In this document: positions 53,176 through 64,000 of the stretch, piece by piece
How the letters are laid out: every line of letters begins with the position of its first letter
Position numbering within the stretch: the first letter of the stretch is position 1
NCBI RefSeq assembly: GCF_037042905.1
Contig: NC_087245.1
Coordinates: 16,804,001-16,868,000, forward strand
DNA length: 64,000 nt
From: Lytechinus pictus
Lineage: Eukaryota
Direction of reading: 5' to 3'
The notes under the pieces: generated by a model
What the model was told of the DNA's origin: nothing
Databases searched by the model: none
The model's input: only the letters and a program-made list of their open reading frames with translations
Program-made: the position numbers and the translations under genes

Positions 53176-53651
53176 GTTCTCTAAATATAAGGTTTAATCT
53201 GAGAAATTTGAATTCGCACCGGTCTCAGATGACCATCTCAGGTTTATCATTATTTGTTTGGTTGTTTTTACAAAGTTCGAAAGGGAATGGGAACCGTCAT
53301 CGCGGACCACGCTGCTCGTTATTATGATACATACAGCTAGAACATACTCAGACCTTAAAAACTTACTTACCACATGGCCGTACACGGATTTCCTGGATAC
53401 AGTACATGTAAAATTTCCGATGAAACTCAAAAGCGAGAAACCTAAACGACCGAACTAGTCATTTGGGCGCATTTGTATTTTCTTAAGTGAAATTGAAACA
53501 TTTTGTGCACACTTTTAGTGAATTTTGTATTAAAAAAACCCTGTAAAAATATGTAAGTTTAAACATTCTGGATAGTAATTGCCCCTCCCCACTGCGTGTA
53601 CGGCAATGACTTTCCTATTTATATTCTTAATGTATACTTATTTTTAAATAG

Positions 53652-53804
53652 GCGAGAAGGTATTAGACCTTGCTGAAATACCCACAGACCTATCAGGAGG
53701 ATTTCGTGAAGTTAAGACTGATAAAGGAACGGTTGTACCTGCTGACCTTGTCTTCATCTGTATTGGGATGACTGTTAACAAGATGGCATACGCCGACAGT
53801 TTAG
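53652..53804 (+). CDS. AIFM2: AIFM2/FSP1 exon 4 (GEKVLDLAEIPTDLSGGFREVKTDKGTVVPADLVFICIGMTVNKMAYADSL)
   Basis: tag acceptor and gtaatg donor. V.TDKGT and C.G..N..AY match FSP1. Confidence 0.92.
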
Positions 53805-54234
53805 GTAATGTTAGAGCACTCAAGCCGGTGCGCGGGAATTGGAGACGATCGAGGATTGAAAAGGAAGAATAATACAATAATACTTAAATATATTATGTTA
53901 AAACGATTCAGTCGTGGTTAAATTTTAAGGAGGAAATAATTTTCACCAAAGACAATATTCATCCACTCTGTAACGTTTTTCATGTAACCCCACCCCCCCC
54001 CCATCCCCCGACCTCCATGCCACAGGCTTACGACGATAAGAGTCACTGGCGTAAAACCAAGCAGTGAAGCTATTGTCCAGGGGCGAACTATTGTTTCAAC
54101 CCCTTGAATTATATGACGTCATTGATTTACGCCAATGAAAAGTGGATAAAAAGGCCCTTCGTCGAAATAATTGAATTTTGAAAATTTCATTTCTATTCCC
54201 AATTCAAGACGTGGTGACGATTTTATATCTCAAT

Positions 54235-54504
54235 CACAGGCAGATCCAGGGGGGGCACAGTCGGCCGTGCCCCTTTTGAGAGGCACAATTAAAATTTGTA
54301 ATGTAAAAATACCGTTAGAACAGAAGTGTGCCCCCCCCCCCTTTCGAAAGTGAAGACTTTTTTTTTTTGGGGGGGGGGGCTTGTCAAATTTTTCTTGGAC
54401 GCAATCCCCTCTTAATTTTTGGCTGAAAACCTTTTTTTTTGCTTGTCAAATTTTTCCTCGGGAAAATGTGCCCCCCTTTTCGAAAAATGCTGGATCCGCC
54501 CCTG
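54235..54504. mobile_element. hAT-like MITE
   Basis: Near-perfect 8-bp TSD atctcaat / atctcgat; ends cacaggcagatcc and ggatccgcccctg. Confidence 0.7.
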
Positions 54505-54779
54505 ATCTCGATATAACATTGGTGAGGAGAATAAGAAAGGGAAATAATCAGGGTTTGAGAATCTTTTGTACCTTTACGACTGACAATTATTTTAACGATT
54601 ACTGTTTTTGTTGGTTTGGTTCAAGCTTTCGGGTATGTTGGCCTAGAATTATCGGAGGCCAGTCCTATGACAATTTATTATGTACATGCCAAAGTTAAGT
54701 TGCATTACCATACAAAGGAAAGGCCCTGTAGATGTATATTTTTCTAACAAAGTTTGTATTTTTTGGTTCAAATTTCCAG

Positions 54780-54980
54780 CCAGTGCAATGGATGAACGAG
54801 GTGCGCTTCGCGTGAATCCGTACTTTCAAGTTGAAGGGTATGATGACATCTTTGCGATAGGAGACTGCTGTACAGCAAACCTCCAGAAGATGGCTAATAA
54901 AGCTAAGGCACATGGTGAATCAATTGCAAGAAATATACCAATGAATGCTGATGGCAAAGCAATGAAACCTTACAAATCAC
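54780..54980 (+). CDS. AIFM2: AIFM2/FSP1 exon 5 (ASAMDERGALRVNPYFQVEGYDDIFAIGDCCTANLQKMANKAKAHG..MKPYKS)
   Basis: ccag acceptor and gtgagt donor; GALRVN..QVEG..AIGD FAD motif. Confidence 0.94.
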
Positions 54981-55811
54981 GTGAGTACCGATTTCATTAT
55001 GTATCAGCACTTATGACTTTCCAAAAAATTGTCAATTTTTCTCGTTTTAGCATAGCATTCTTTTCCTTGCCTTTTGCTTTTCAAAGGATAATAGGAAAAG
55101 GGAATAGAGCTGAATTTATAGAGACAGAAAAATATATAGGTTTTATTTTATCTTTGTGAAAATAGAAATCTAATTTGAAAACTTATTCATCGTGCTTTAC
55201 TCATTCAGTATTATGGTAAATGGTACCAATGGTAGATTGGTACCATTTACAATAATGACATAATAGGTAGATACCAATTGGTACCAATCATCATGATCAT
55301 ATCATTGCTCTGATTTATAAATATCGTACTGTTTTTTTTTTTAATAGAAAATAATGAATATTTTAGGAAGTTTCTCGTTCCATGACTTCGAAGCAAAGCA
55401 AGAAGCTAACAATTTTTCTGGGTTTGCAAACATGAAATCCGAGCAAACAATGAAACGAATTCATCAATGCAGATGCAATTTTTGGATTTTAATCAAAACG
55501 AAGAACCTTGCCGTTTGTAAATCGTTTCATATACCGTTCCCTTCTTGAAAGAACACAGTATCACACCCTGTGTTCACAGTGTGTCCACCAAGGGCACTGT
55601 GTGACGAATGTGATTCAAAGCTAAAGCTAAAGTGAAAAAGATTTCACACTGTGAAAGGTTGGGGCTGAAGCCCCCAGCCCCCCCCCCCCTCTTCCGCGGC
55701 CCCTTGAGTTATTCCAAAATATTTCGTTTTTAAATTGATGTACTGTATATTGATGGCTCTATCCTTTATCCCTCCGTTCCATCTATATTTTTCTCCTATT
55801 TTCATCAATAG

Positions 55812-55969
55812 CCGGTGTCATATACGCTGTCTCTGTTGGTCGCAATAAGGGAGCAATCCAACTCGGCAACACTGTCATCGGCTCTTGGTTTGTCAAGCGA
55901 ATGAAAGGCAAGGATATGTTTGCGAGTAGGCTATGGAATGAGGTTGGATTAACTGTTCCCAAATTATAA
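55812..55969 (+). CDS. AIFM2: AIFM2/FSP1 exon 6, terminal (PGVIYAVSVGRNKGAIQLGNTVIGSWFVKRMKGKDMFASRLWNEVGLTVPKL*)
   Basis: tag acceptor; S.GRN.G..Q and K..D.F...W match the human C-terminus. Total CDS is 1128 nt = 375 aa plus stop. Confidence 0.92.
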
Positions 55970-58184
55970 ATTTATATATAATTTAAGTGTATATCAGTGT
56001 AAAATATTATATAATGCACTATGTATATATACGGTTTGATTTAGTGTCTTTTGGAAGATACAGGCAAAATATTCTGCAAAAACTGAAGTTTCCCTTCCAT
56101 CGGTTTTATTCACTTTGCAGTTGATCATGACTCTACCGCAGATATTCAATTGGCATTTTCCATGAAAGTATCGTTAGAATTAATCACGGAGGGATGTGGA
56201 ATCATCCTCACATTTCAATAAAAGTAGACAATAGTTTGTTTAGAGCCATTAAAAACAGCATCCCTTTGATCATGTCGATAGCATAGTTGAGGCCCGAACT
56301 ACTTCGATGATGATAGCATCATGTTGGCGTAATCGTTTGTGAACGTGCATCTTCATTATAAGAAAGCAATAATTTATAGTTTAATTATCAATCACTTCAA
56401 AAAGCCATAATATTTTGTGAAAACAATGACAAGGCACGGTAGATATACAGAAGTGACAGTAAAGTGATCTACCAGATAGAAATAGAAGTGTTTTATTCTT
56501 ATTTCGTAATTAACAGTTCCAAACGAATTACTATAATTATACAAAGCTCAAATTAGTTTAAATATGATGTACGTCATGCATAAGTTTTGCTTATACACTG
56601 TATTACTTAGTCTACAATTTATTACTGAAATATTATATTTAACGATCAAAATGATTGAACATTTCATTATTTTGATCCCTTATGGTAAGAAATTATATTA
56701 TAAGTATTGTGTTACATAGCACAGCTGGCACATTCATATATATAAAAAATATATATTTATTTGCCAGAGAGTGGAGGAAATATTGAAAGACATTTAATTT
56801 TTGTATGTTCTATTGTATTTTATTCTTACATCTGCATTATCGTCTAGGCCTATGAGGCATTTTATTGGTGTTGTGTTTGAATATTGCTCCTCGTGGGCGG
56901 TAGTTTGTAAAACATTAAGCTTTTCAAGAGTTTCATACAGGGTAGCTATTGTCAAGACCTTAGATTATTCCAAAGAAATATTTATAAGTTGCCGAGATTC
57001 AAAAGGTGAATTTATTGAACTATTTTCAGGAGCTAACATAATGATAACATAACAGCAAGAAAGCAGAGTTTCCCGTACAATATTCTATGGATACTGTAAG
57101 TTCCATCATGGCCCATCATATTTAAAAAGGTATATTATTTTGTGGTGTCCAGTTTGTGAATGTGGTTGTTCCTGAGATCATGTTCTATTTTGTTAATTGA
57201 CTTTGTTACGTGTTTCTTTTCTAATTTAGTGAAAAATAAATGTGATCCGGGTAAGAGAATGCGATTTTTATTTCACATTACCTTATATTCTAGACTTTAT
57301 TTTCAAAACGGATTTTAAATGACTTCTTATTTATTGTGTATTCTTTTGTTCCCAATATACCCCTTTTGGGAAAAAAAAAGTATGAATTATTACTCAAGAA
57401 GCAATGACATCCTTGACCTGTTAATTGACTGTATATTCCAACCTGTCTCACAAGCAGGATGACTTTAACATGATTATTGTTTTTTTAGTAACCACAATCC
57501 AGGTTACCACGACCATGCAGACTTGTGGTAAAGTAGAAGATATTAAATACGATCAAGCACTTGTTGCTGAAAATGAAACGGTTTAAAGTAACCTTCGACT
57601 GGAAGATCAAAGCAGCATGGCCATATACACGGGCAACACAGGCCAAGCTGTTTTGAATGTATAAATACTTAGGACATTACAGGGTATAGGACCTATTAGT
57701 CAAACCTAATGGTTTTGTTTGAAAAAAAAATCCATCAATAAATGGCAAACAAGTTGAAGTGAAATGGTCAGTGCTTAATCAGTGATTATTTACAAAGTGT
57801 TTTGTTTTCAAGGGAGACGCGAAAATAATTGCGAATCGAAAGGCGAGAATGCCGAAATAATGGCAAAGTTCAAATTTCTAGCGGCAATCGCGTCCTAAGT
57901 ACACAACGTTTGTGCAGTTCGTGCGTGTGAAGCATTGATAAACTACAGACTGGCATCATACAAGAACAGGTGACCAAAAAGAGAATGTGAATTTTCAGTG
58001 AAATAAAATATATCTATAATTATATTCTTATTCTATTCGCAAGTCCTGTCCAGTCAATGGTACGATCGCATCAACTTCGGGACTCTTGAAAAACTTTCTT
58101 AATATCGCTAGGAATTTAAGAATTAATTCCAACTGGTGGCATTGAATTTGAACTTGATCGAAGCTCACCAACACACAAACCGCG

Positions 58185-58411
58185 CACACTTAAAATGGTG
58201 GGCAACATACTGTCCACTGTGTTGGGTAATGTATGTTGGTAAAAACTATATATATTCTGGGCAATTATTATCCAATTGAGCAAGTTTATTACCCAATTAT
58301 TAGTTTTTATTACCCAATTTGGACAGATTTTATCCAATACTTGTGTGGACAGTATGTTGCCCAGTGATGGTTACAAAATTTGGCCTTTTTTGTCCAACCT
58401 TTTTAAGAGTG
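58185..58411. mobile_element. MITE with CAC-type ends just 3' of the GPCR; a partial copy lies at ~29180-29315
   Basis: cacacttaaaatggtgggcaacatactgtccac ... gtggacagtatgttgccc..ttttaagagtg. Confidence 0.7.
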
Positions 58412-58441
58412 TGAAGGTGACTAACATTGAATTGACCAAAT

Positions 58442-59422
58442 TCATGACCTAATTTTGAATAAAATTTTCAATCCCTTCTGAAATTTCCGATATTTAAATG
58501 TATAAATGAAGGGATTCACGCACATATTGAGAAAGGCAATATAGACGGTAAATGAAAACAACTCGCCATTGAAGTCCAAAGCCCCGCCCAAGTTGAAATA
58601 CAAGTAAGTGACTTGATTTGGTGCCCAGCAGACAGCGTATGTCACGCAGACGATAAAAAACGTTTTAATGACGTTTTTACGCGCCTTTTCTCGATAGTTT
58701 GGTGCAACTGGCTGATCACCGGCGTTGTTTCCGTTGTTGACAGTGCTTTCTGCAGTGGCCGATGGCATAGTCGTCGAGTGGTTGATGTCCGCGATTCGTA
58801 GACGAAGTGACTTTCCGATATTGATGTACACAAATGCCATAACAGCTATCGGTAAGAGGAATTCAACGGTGAATGTCAGGCAACCGGTAAACTTCTGGAC
58901 GACGGTGCTGGCGTAGTGAATATTGCATTGACCGTCATCATATCGGTTGGCCGCAGCCCAGTGACCTTCGTAACCGAAGCCTATGATCCAAGGAGAAACA
59001 GCCACGACAGCGGCAAGACGGTAGCTGAATTTGCTACGGTAGACAACGGGGTGGATGACAGCCAAATAGCGCTCAATCGACATCATCACAAGATTATAGG
59101 TGGATGAGATGATTGTACCCCAGAACAAATAGCCAGAATTCCAGATGGAACAGACGAACCTCCCAGACCATTCACGATTTGGCAAAGGTAGTGGTGGAGC
59201 GATGTAATTCGCAAAGAGGAAAAGCGAAGCAATCATGTCCAGGATGGATTGGTTAACGATGAAGAGGTTGGTAATGTTGCGAAGTTCTTTCACCGAGATC
59301 AACACGATGAGAACCAAAGAATTCCCTACTACTCCAACAGACCCTAAAAAAGAGTACACCACGGTCGATACGATCTTCAAAGTGCTCGTCCCCGCGATCG
59401 TAGAATTCATTGCCGCATCCAT
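58442..59422 (-). CDS. Intronless class A (rhodopsin-like) GPCR, galanin/allatostatin-receptor-like orphan, 326 aa
   Basis: Seven hydrophobic segments; GN in TM1, D in TM2, ERY, CWAP, NPFIY; N-terminal NST sequon; Cys in TM3 and ECL2. Confidence 0.95.
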   Translation of the reverse strand: MDAAMNSTIAGTSTLKIVSTVVYSFLGSVGVVGNSLVLIVLISVKELRNITNLFIVNQSILDMIASLFLFANYIAPPLPLPNREWSGRFVCSIWNSGYLFWGTIISSTYNLVMMSIERYLAVIHPVVYRSKFSYRLAAVVAVSPWIIGFGYEGHWAAANRYDDGQCNIHYASTVVQKFTGCLTFTVEFLLPIAVMAFVYINIGKSLRLRIADINHSTTMPSATAESTVNNGNNAGDQPVAPNYREKARKNVIKTFFIVCVTYAVCWAPNQVTYLYFNLGGALDFNGELFSFTVYIAFLNMCVNPFIYTFKYRKFQKGLKILFKIRS

Positions 59423-60986
59423 GATGCATTCATCTGATCCAAATCACGCCCGTTATGGATTCGCAGTATTAGCTGATCGATGTATTACTTTTAAAAAATT
59501 ATCTTCAGATCAGCTTACTGACGAGTGGCTTCGTAATCTGTATATATATAGGGAGATATTTGGCTCCTATATTCCCGATTTGAGATTGATATCAACACAA
59601 ACCCCCAACAAGATTGTCAAAAAAGTAAACTGTGAATTCGGTTTTCTTGGAGTTGTAGAATAGCAAGCAAATCGAATTTTGTTAAATTATAAATAGAACG
59701 AGGAAAGTGGAAGAAAGTCGGAGGTTGTCTTTTTACCACGCTTTTATCAATACCTCTCACTGTAGGTAGTCAATAGATTTCATATCAATAGAACTATCAA
59801 TGCGAATGCAGAGCTTAAAGATTTGGTATGAACATTATCTTTCATTGGGAGACTTTCTCCCAAATAAAGTAACCCTTTATTTTCTCACGTCATTGTCCCC
59901 ATTCGATACTCCGATCGTCTCTCCAGTCAATACTCCTTTATTATTTTGTATTTTTTAAACGAGAGCCTCCATTTCCCCCTACCATCAGTCGACTTACGAA
60001 TTGCGTATATCCGTCAGAAAACCAGTTAAATTGATATTTGATATGAAATTTACCATGAGAAGCCTTGATAGACGTCGAGCTCAATTCAACATCCTTCGTT
60101 CAACATTAAGAACACATTTCGTGTTCGACTGTAACTGGTGGATGATTCACTCATAATTAAATTGAAGGGCCTTGTGTTGATCTATATAAAAAACAACTAT
60201 TATCATATGTAGTGCCCTTGTCCCCGCCCCCTACTTCATCATCACACTACGAAAGATGTTCTATATACTTTGAAGGAACTACTAAATGCAATTTATGAAG
60301 GTACATGAAGAGTAAAAATATCAACCTATTGATTTCCCCTCGCCTACTAAATACATTACCACTATGTAATTGCAATTGGTAATTTCGATCATTCGATTTT
60401 CTAAATTGAGCTCGAAATAATTATTTCTTTCTAATATACAGTGCGTATCAAAAAAAAGTTTACACTTTGTAAAATTATTCATTTGTAATATCCTGAAGAT
60501 TTTTCCACATTTTAACACTGGTACAGATCCATTTAAGCAAATGGCGATATAACTGGTGAAAAATATTTCCACTTGAGTAAGCACAACTTACTTTTGAAAA
60601 GTTAGTGAAAAATGATTTGCGCAGAACTTTGAAATAGTTATGCGAATAAAGGAAGACCTTAATCATGAAGAACACATGGAATTTAGATAGTAAAATTGAT
60701 TTGAAGATATCTGTTACCTTTTTAAACTTTTTTCCTTGCCCAAAACACTTCGAAGAGTGGATTGTGCCCCACCATACCCCCAGGCTCCTAGGCCATCGTG
60801 ACGATATTTGCGTTACACTGAACTGTGATTTACATGACATGGCTTAGGCTTGATTTTCATTTTGTTAATCATTGTCAAGCTTGGGAAAAGTGTGGAGAAA
60901 CAAGTATTAAATGAAAAATGAAATGTAAACCCTCTTTAAATGATAAAAACTTAGTGAAAAATGGAGATGTCTGATATAAACTTTTG

Positions 60987-61399
60987 AAAGTAAAAAAGGG
61001 GCCTAAGCTTTCGATCCTAGCGGAATCTTCGTCGGAGGCAAAATGACAAACATATAAAGTGGAACAACCATAATATAGACCACAAACAAGCTACAGCAAC
61101 ACTAGAAACAATGAGACAAAAGGGGCATTAGTGAGTAGAGAAGACCAATCAGGTTAGTGAAGGGGATGAAAGAAAAGGAGTAGGCAGACACAAAGGGAAG
61201 TGTAAGTAAGGCCAAGAGGCCTATGTATATGTATCTAAAAGTGATAATATGTATATAAATATATCCAAAAAAGAAATGTATATGAAAAAATATAAATAAA
61301 TACACATATGGTGTAACTGATATTGTAATCCGCTAGTTGTGACGGAAAAAAAAACCATAAGACTATACAGTAGGAAAAAAATAAAATAAAAATAAATAA
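60987..61399 (-). mobile_element. Penelope-like retroelement terminal fragment
   Basis: Flanked by the 11-bp direct repeat ataaacttttg (60976-60986, 61400-61410); carries a hammerhead-like motif near one end. Confidence 0.65.
61001..61039 (-). ncRNA. Minimal type I hammerhead ribozyme-like motif (variant core)
   Basis: Minus strand reads GCCU-CCGACGA-A-GAUUC-cgcua-GGAUC-GAAA-GCUU-AGGC: stem I GCCU/AGGC, stem II GAUUC/GGAUC, palindromic AAGCUU at stem III. The core is CCGACGA rather than CUGANGA. Confidence 0.65.
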
Positions 61400-61828
61400 A
61401 TAAACTTTTGTTTAGGTTCAGTTATGTCCTCAGATCCAGCTGGCACAAAAATGGTAAAGGTTGTGCTTACTAAGTGTTGAAATTTGGGTGGCAAAATTGT
61501 TACAAAATGCTTGAATGTATCCGTTTTATTTTAATCGACTAAAAGTGCAAGGGAAATGAATGAGAAATGTCTCGCAGGGTAAGTTTGATTTCGCAATTTC
61601 CCCTTGACACAGCGTGAAAACGAGCATTTCTGCGCAAACAGATTTCTGCGAGCTTTAATACAAAAATGGACAGTGCTCACTCAAGTGTAACATTCTGTCA
61701 AAACTTTAACTTTTATTGGATAGCTAAGACCCAAATCCAAGAATATATGTGAAAAAATTACCCACATGTATATAGTTTTAATTCCCATGGCTTTTTCAAA
61801 GTGTAAACTTTTTTTGATACGCACTGTA

Positions 61829-62009
61829 CAGGGGCCGCGGAACGGTTTTCAAAGTGTGAGGGGGGGGGGCTAAGCCAAAAGTGGGGGGGGGGGTTGACCA
61901 TGCAAAAAATCACAATCATAATATGGTCATTTTTCAGTTTTTTGTAAACTGTTTTTGAAAAACAGTGGGGGCTGAAGCCTCCCCCCCCCCCCGGCTTCAG
62001 CGGCCCCTG
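61829..62009. mobile_element. hAT-like MITE with CAGGGGCCGC ends; a truncated relative lies at ~55655-55705
   Basis: caggggccgcggaa ... ttcagcggcccctg; no clear TSD. Confidence 0.65.
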
Positions 62010-63849
62010 ATATAGGCAAGAGTTATGGGGCGTTCTTACAAAACAGCGGTCAATATTGAAAAACAAGATATTGCAAGATATTCTTTATATCCAATATTTC
62101 AAATATTCATTCCATTTTCTTTTTATGTTGCTTGTTTCATTAAAGAATAAAGTCGAAAGGAACGTTTAAAAATGTAACGAAAATATTGCTCTGAGCGTAT
62201 TTCACCAACTTTGATTATTTTCATTTAAGTTTCATTTTCTTTACTTTCCCACCAACAAACACTGACGCAAACTGACTGATAACAAGTCATGTAAAACAAA
62301 CGTAATATCTTTGATTGGTCTGAGTTTGGTTGTAAAATTGAGGGACTTCGTAAGCAATTTCGTTATAACATAAATATAAGATAACAAAAGTTTTAACATA
62401 AATTTGAACTGGCGACATAATTTCTTTTAAATCATATTGAAATTTTAGGGAAGAGAAAATTTATGCATATTAGGCAAATGATTTTGACAAGTAATAAAAG
62501 ATTTATCGCTGCCGTAAAAAAGTGCTTGATTGTCGCTAATTTTGATTTTATTACAAAGAAAAAAGATTCTCGGCAAGAGTGCATGGGGAAAAAAAATCCG
62601 CCTTCATTCTAAAAGGGGGTGGCGAAGAGGAAAGACGCTAATGGCTCTACTAATCGTAGGTTACTAACTGTACCACTTTGAACCAAGGGGGCACACATGC
62701 TTCCCCACGATCCATTAAAGGTAATAATCAAGAGAAGGGGGTGGTCTGGTATATACCGCAACCCTATTCCTTATTGTATACCCTACAGTTATCAATTCAC
62801 TTAAAAATAGATATCCACGCTGGCTGCGTCACGTGGGGGCATGGACCGACGTCTGTCCTTCAGATTTCGCCAAGAAAAAAATAGGGAAAAAAGAGGAAGG
62901 TGAAGTAAAAGGAATTAAGGGGGACGAAATGGAAGAAAAAAGACAAGAGTATCAAAGAGGTCATGGCATGTCATGACACACGCTATATAGGGGAAGGGGG
63001 CATTTAGGCTGCGGTCCCGCCACCACTATCTGGTGCCGCCCCTGAATTTCCCACTTTTGATTAATTGTGACATGGAGGTCATCATATTCGTCATCATGCA
63101 AGTCGATTTTACGTTTGATTTATTTGATAAATTTACCCAATCATTATTTGTAAAGTCATTTTTTTTTTCACTGAGGACCTAATGTAAAAGAATCAAATGT
63201 GAAAACTGTAATCCACCAATCTAAATTAGCCAGGGCTTATTCATGTATGAAAATCGTAACAATTTGCACTGGCGTTTTTATATTCCCGACCTTTCGTTGG
63301 AGAACGCGAACGCTTATTTGCGACGGTAGTTGATTTTGGAAGAGACTTTTGGGCCCGTCGTCATGGTCGTAAAACTCTGTCCTGCAATGCAAATTGTGTG
63401 ACATGAGATTTTTTTTCGTTTCGCATCTGGAACGGAAACATTCAATCTGCGTTTCGTGTGCAAAATTCTGGTTGCTACTATGGTAACAGCGATATTATCC
63501 GATTTAGGACGACTTTCCAAAGCCACATTTGGTTCCTCCCAGAGCTCGAGAGGCGTTTCCGTTTTACACCCTGGCGAAGGCATTTTCCGCAAAAATAGCC
63601 ACAAAGCGACTAGTGAAGAGTCTACACACGTCGCTGGTTGCAGCGTGCGACACACCACCGCATGCAATCAGATCCAGAGCACAGAGTTCCTCGGCATTTC
63701 ATGTACAGAGAGCAGTCATATGAGTGAAATCCGAACATGCTTTTGCAGTTACGTTTTTTTTAATGAAAGTTAATGACAGACAAAATCAAAATAAACAGAT
63801 ACCTATAATAGAAAGACAAATTGAAGTTTGATGGATTGATACACATAGA

Positions 63850-63893
63850 TGCCGAAAGATAGATATATAGAAGACTGATAAATAGATAGAGAC

Positions 63894-63926
<33 letters not shown>

Positions 63927-63935
63927 AATAGAGAG
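63850..63935. repeat. (GATA)n microsatellite
   Basis: Directly visible. Confidence 0.9.
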
Positions 63936-64000
63936 TGAGAGAAAGACATGCAGAGAGATGGATGAATATAGATAGATGGGGGAGAGAACTTGAGAGAGGG

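Larger units (their letters stand above)
60439..61826. mobile_element. Tc1/mariner-like non-autonomous element, interrupted by a Penelope-like insert
   Basis: ta|cagtgcgtatcaaaaaaaagtttacactttg ... caaagtgtaaactttttttgatacgcactg|ta. Confidence 0.9.

Noticed and set aside
58613..59663. Plus-strand ORFs overlapping the GPCR
   Set aside because: Antisense shadows of the GPCR coding sequence with no independent features.
63314..63773. Overlapping 105-117 aa ORFs in a GC-richer patch
   Set aside because: No recognisable domain, non-ATG starts and no convincing splice sites. It could be an exon or regulatory region of a gene beyond the window, but that cannot be supported here.

Overview
This is AT-rich eukaryotic (metazoan) genomic DNA. 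A sea urchin or other echinoderm is most likely, inferred from the intronless GPCR type and the repeat landscape. Four host genes can be read from spliced exons: (1) the last four coding exons of an ACAD11-like acyl-CoA dehydrogenase (+, 1488-4891); (2) a complete 4-exon Wnt10 (+, 13377-35964, 363 aa); (3) a complete 6-exon AIFM2/FSP1 (+, 39882-55969, 375 aa); (4) an intronless rhodopsin-class GPCR (-, 58442-59422). Non-coding DNA is dense in transposon relics. The most unusual items are a ~970-bp TIR-bounded array of 94-bp palindromic units just after the ACAD11 stop; a multi-level nest in FSP1 intron 1 (LINE > Harbinger > hAT-like MITE > hAT-like MITE, plus a SINE tail inside the transposase); a minimal hammerhead-ribozyme motif in a Penelope-like insert; an AcademX-like XPG nuclease remnant; and a tight cluster of nuclear-receptor half-sites in Wnt10 intron 2. 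All calls come from reading the sequence by eye and from recalled family motifs. No searches were run, and no clearly new protein-coding system was found.
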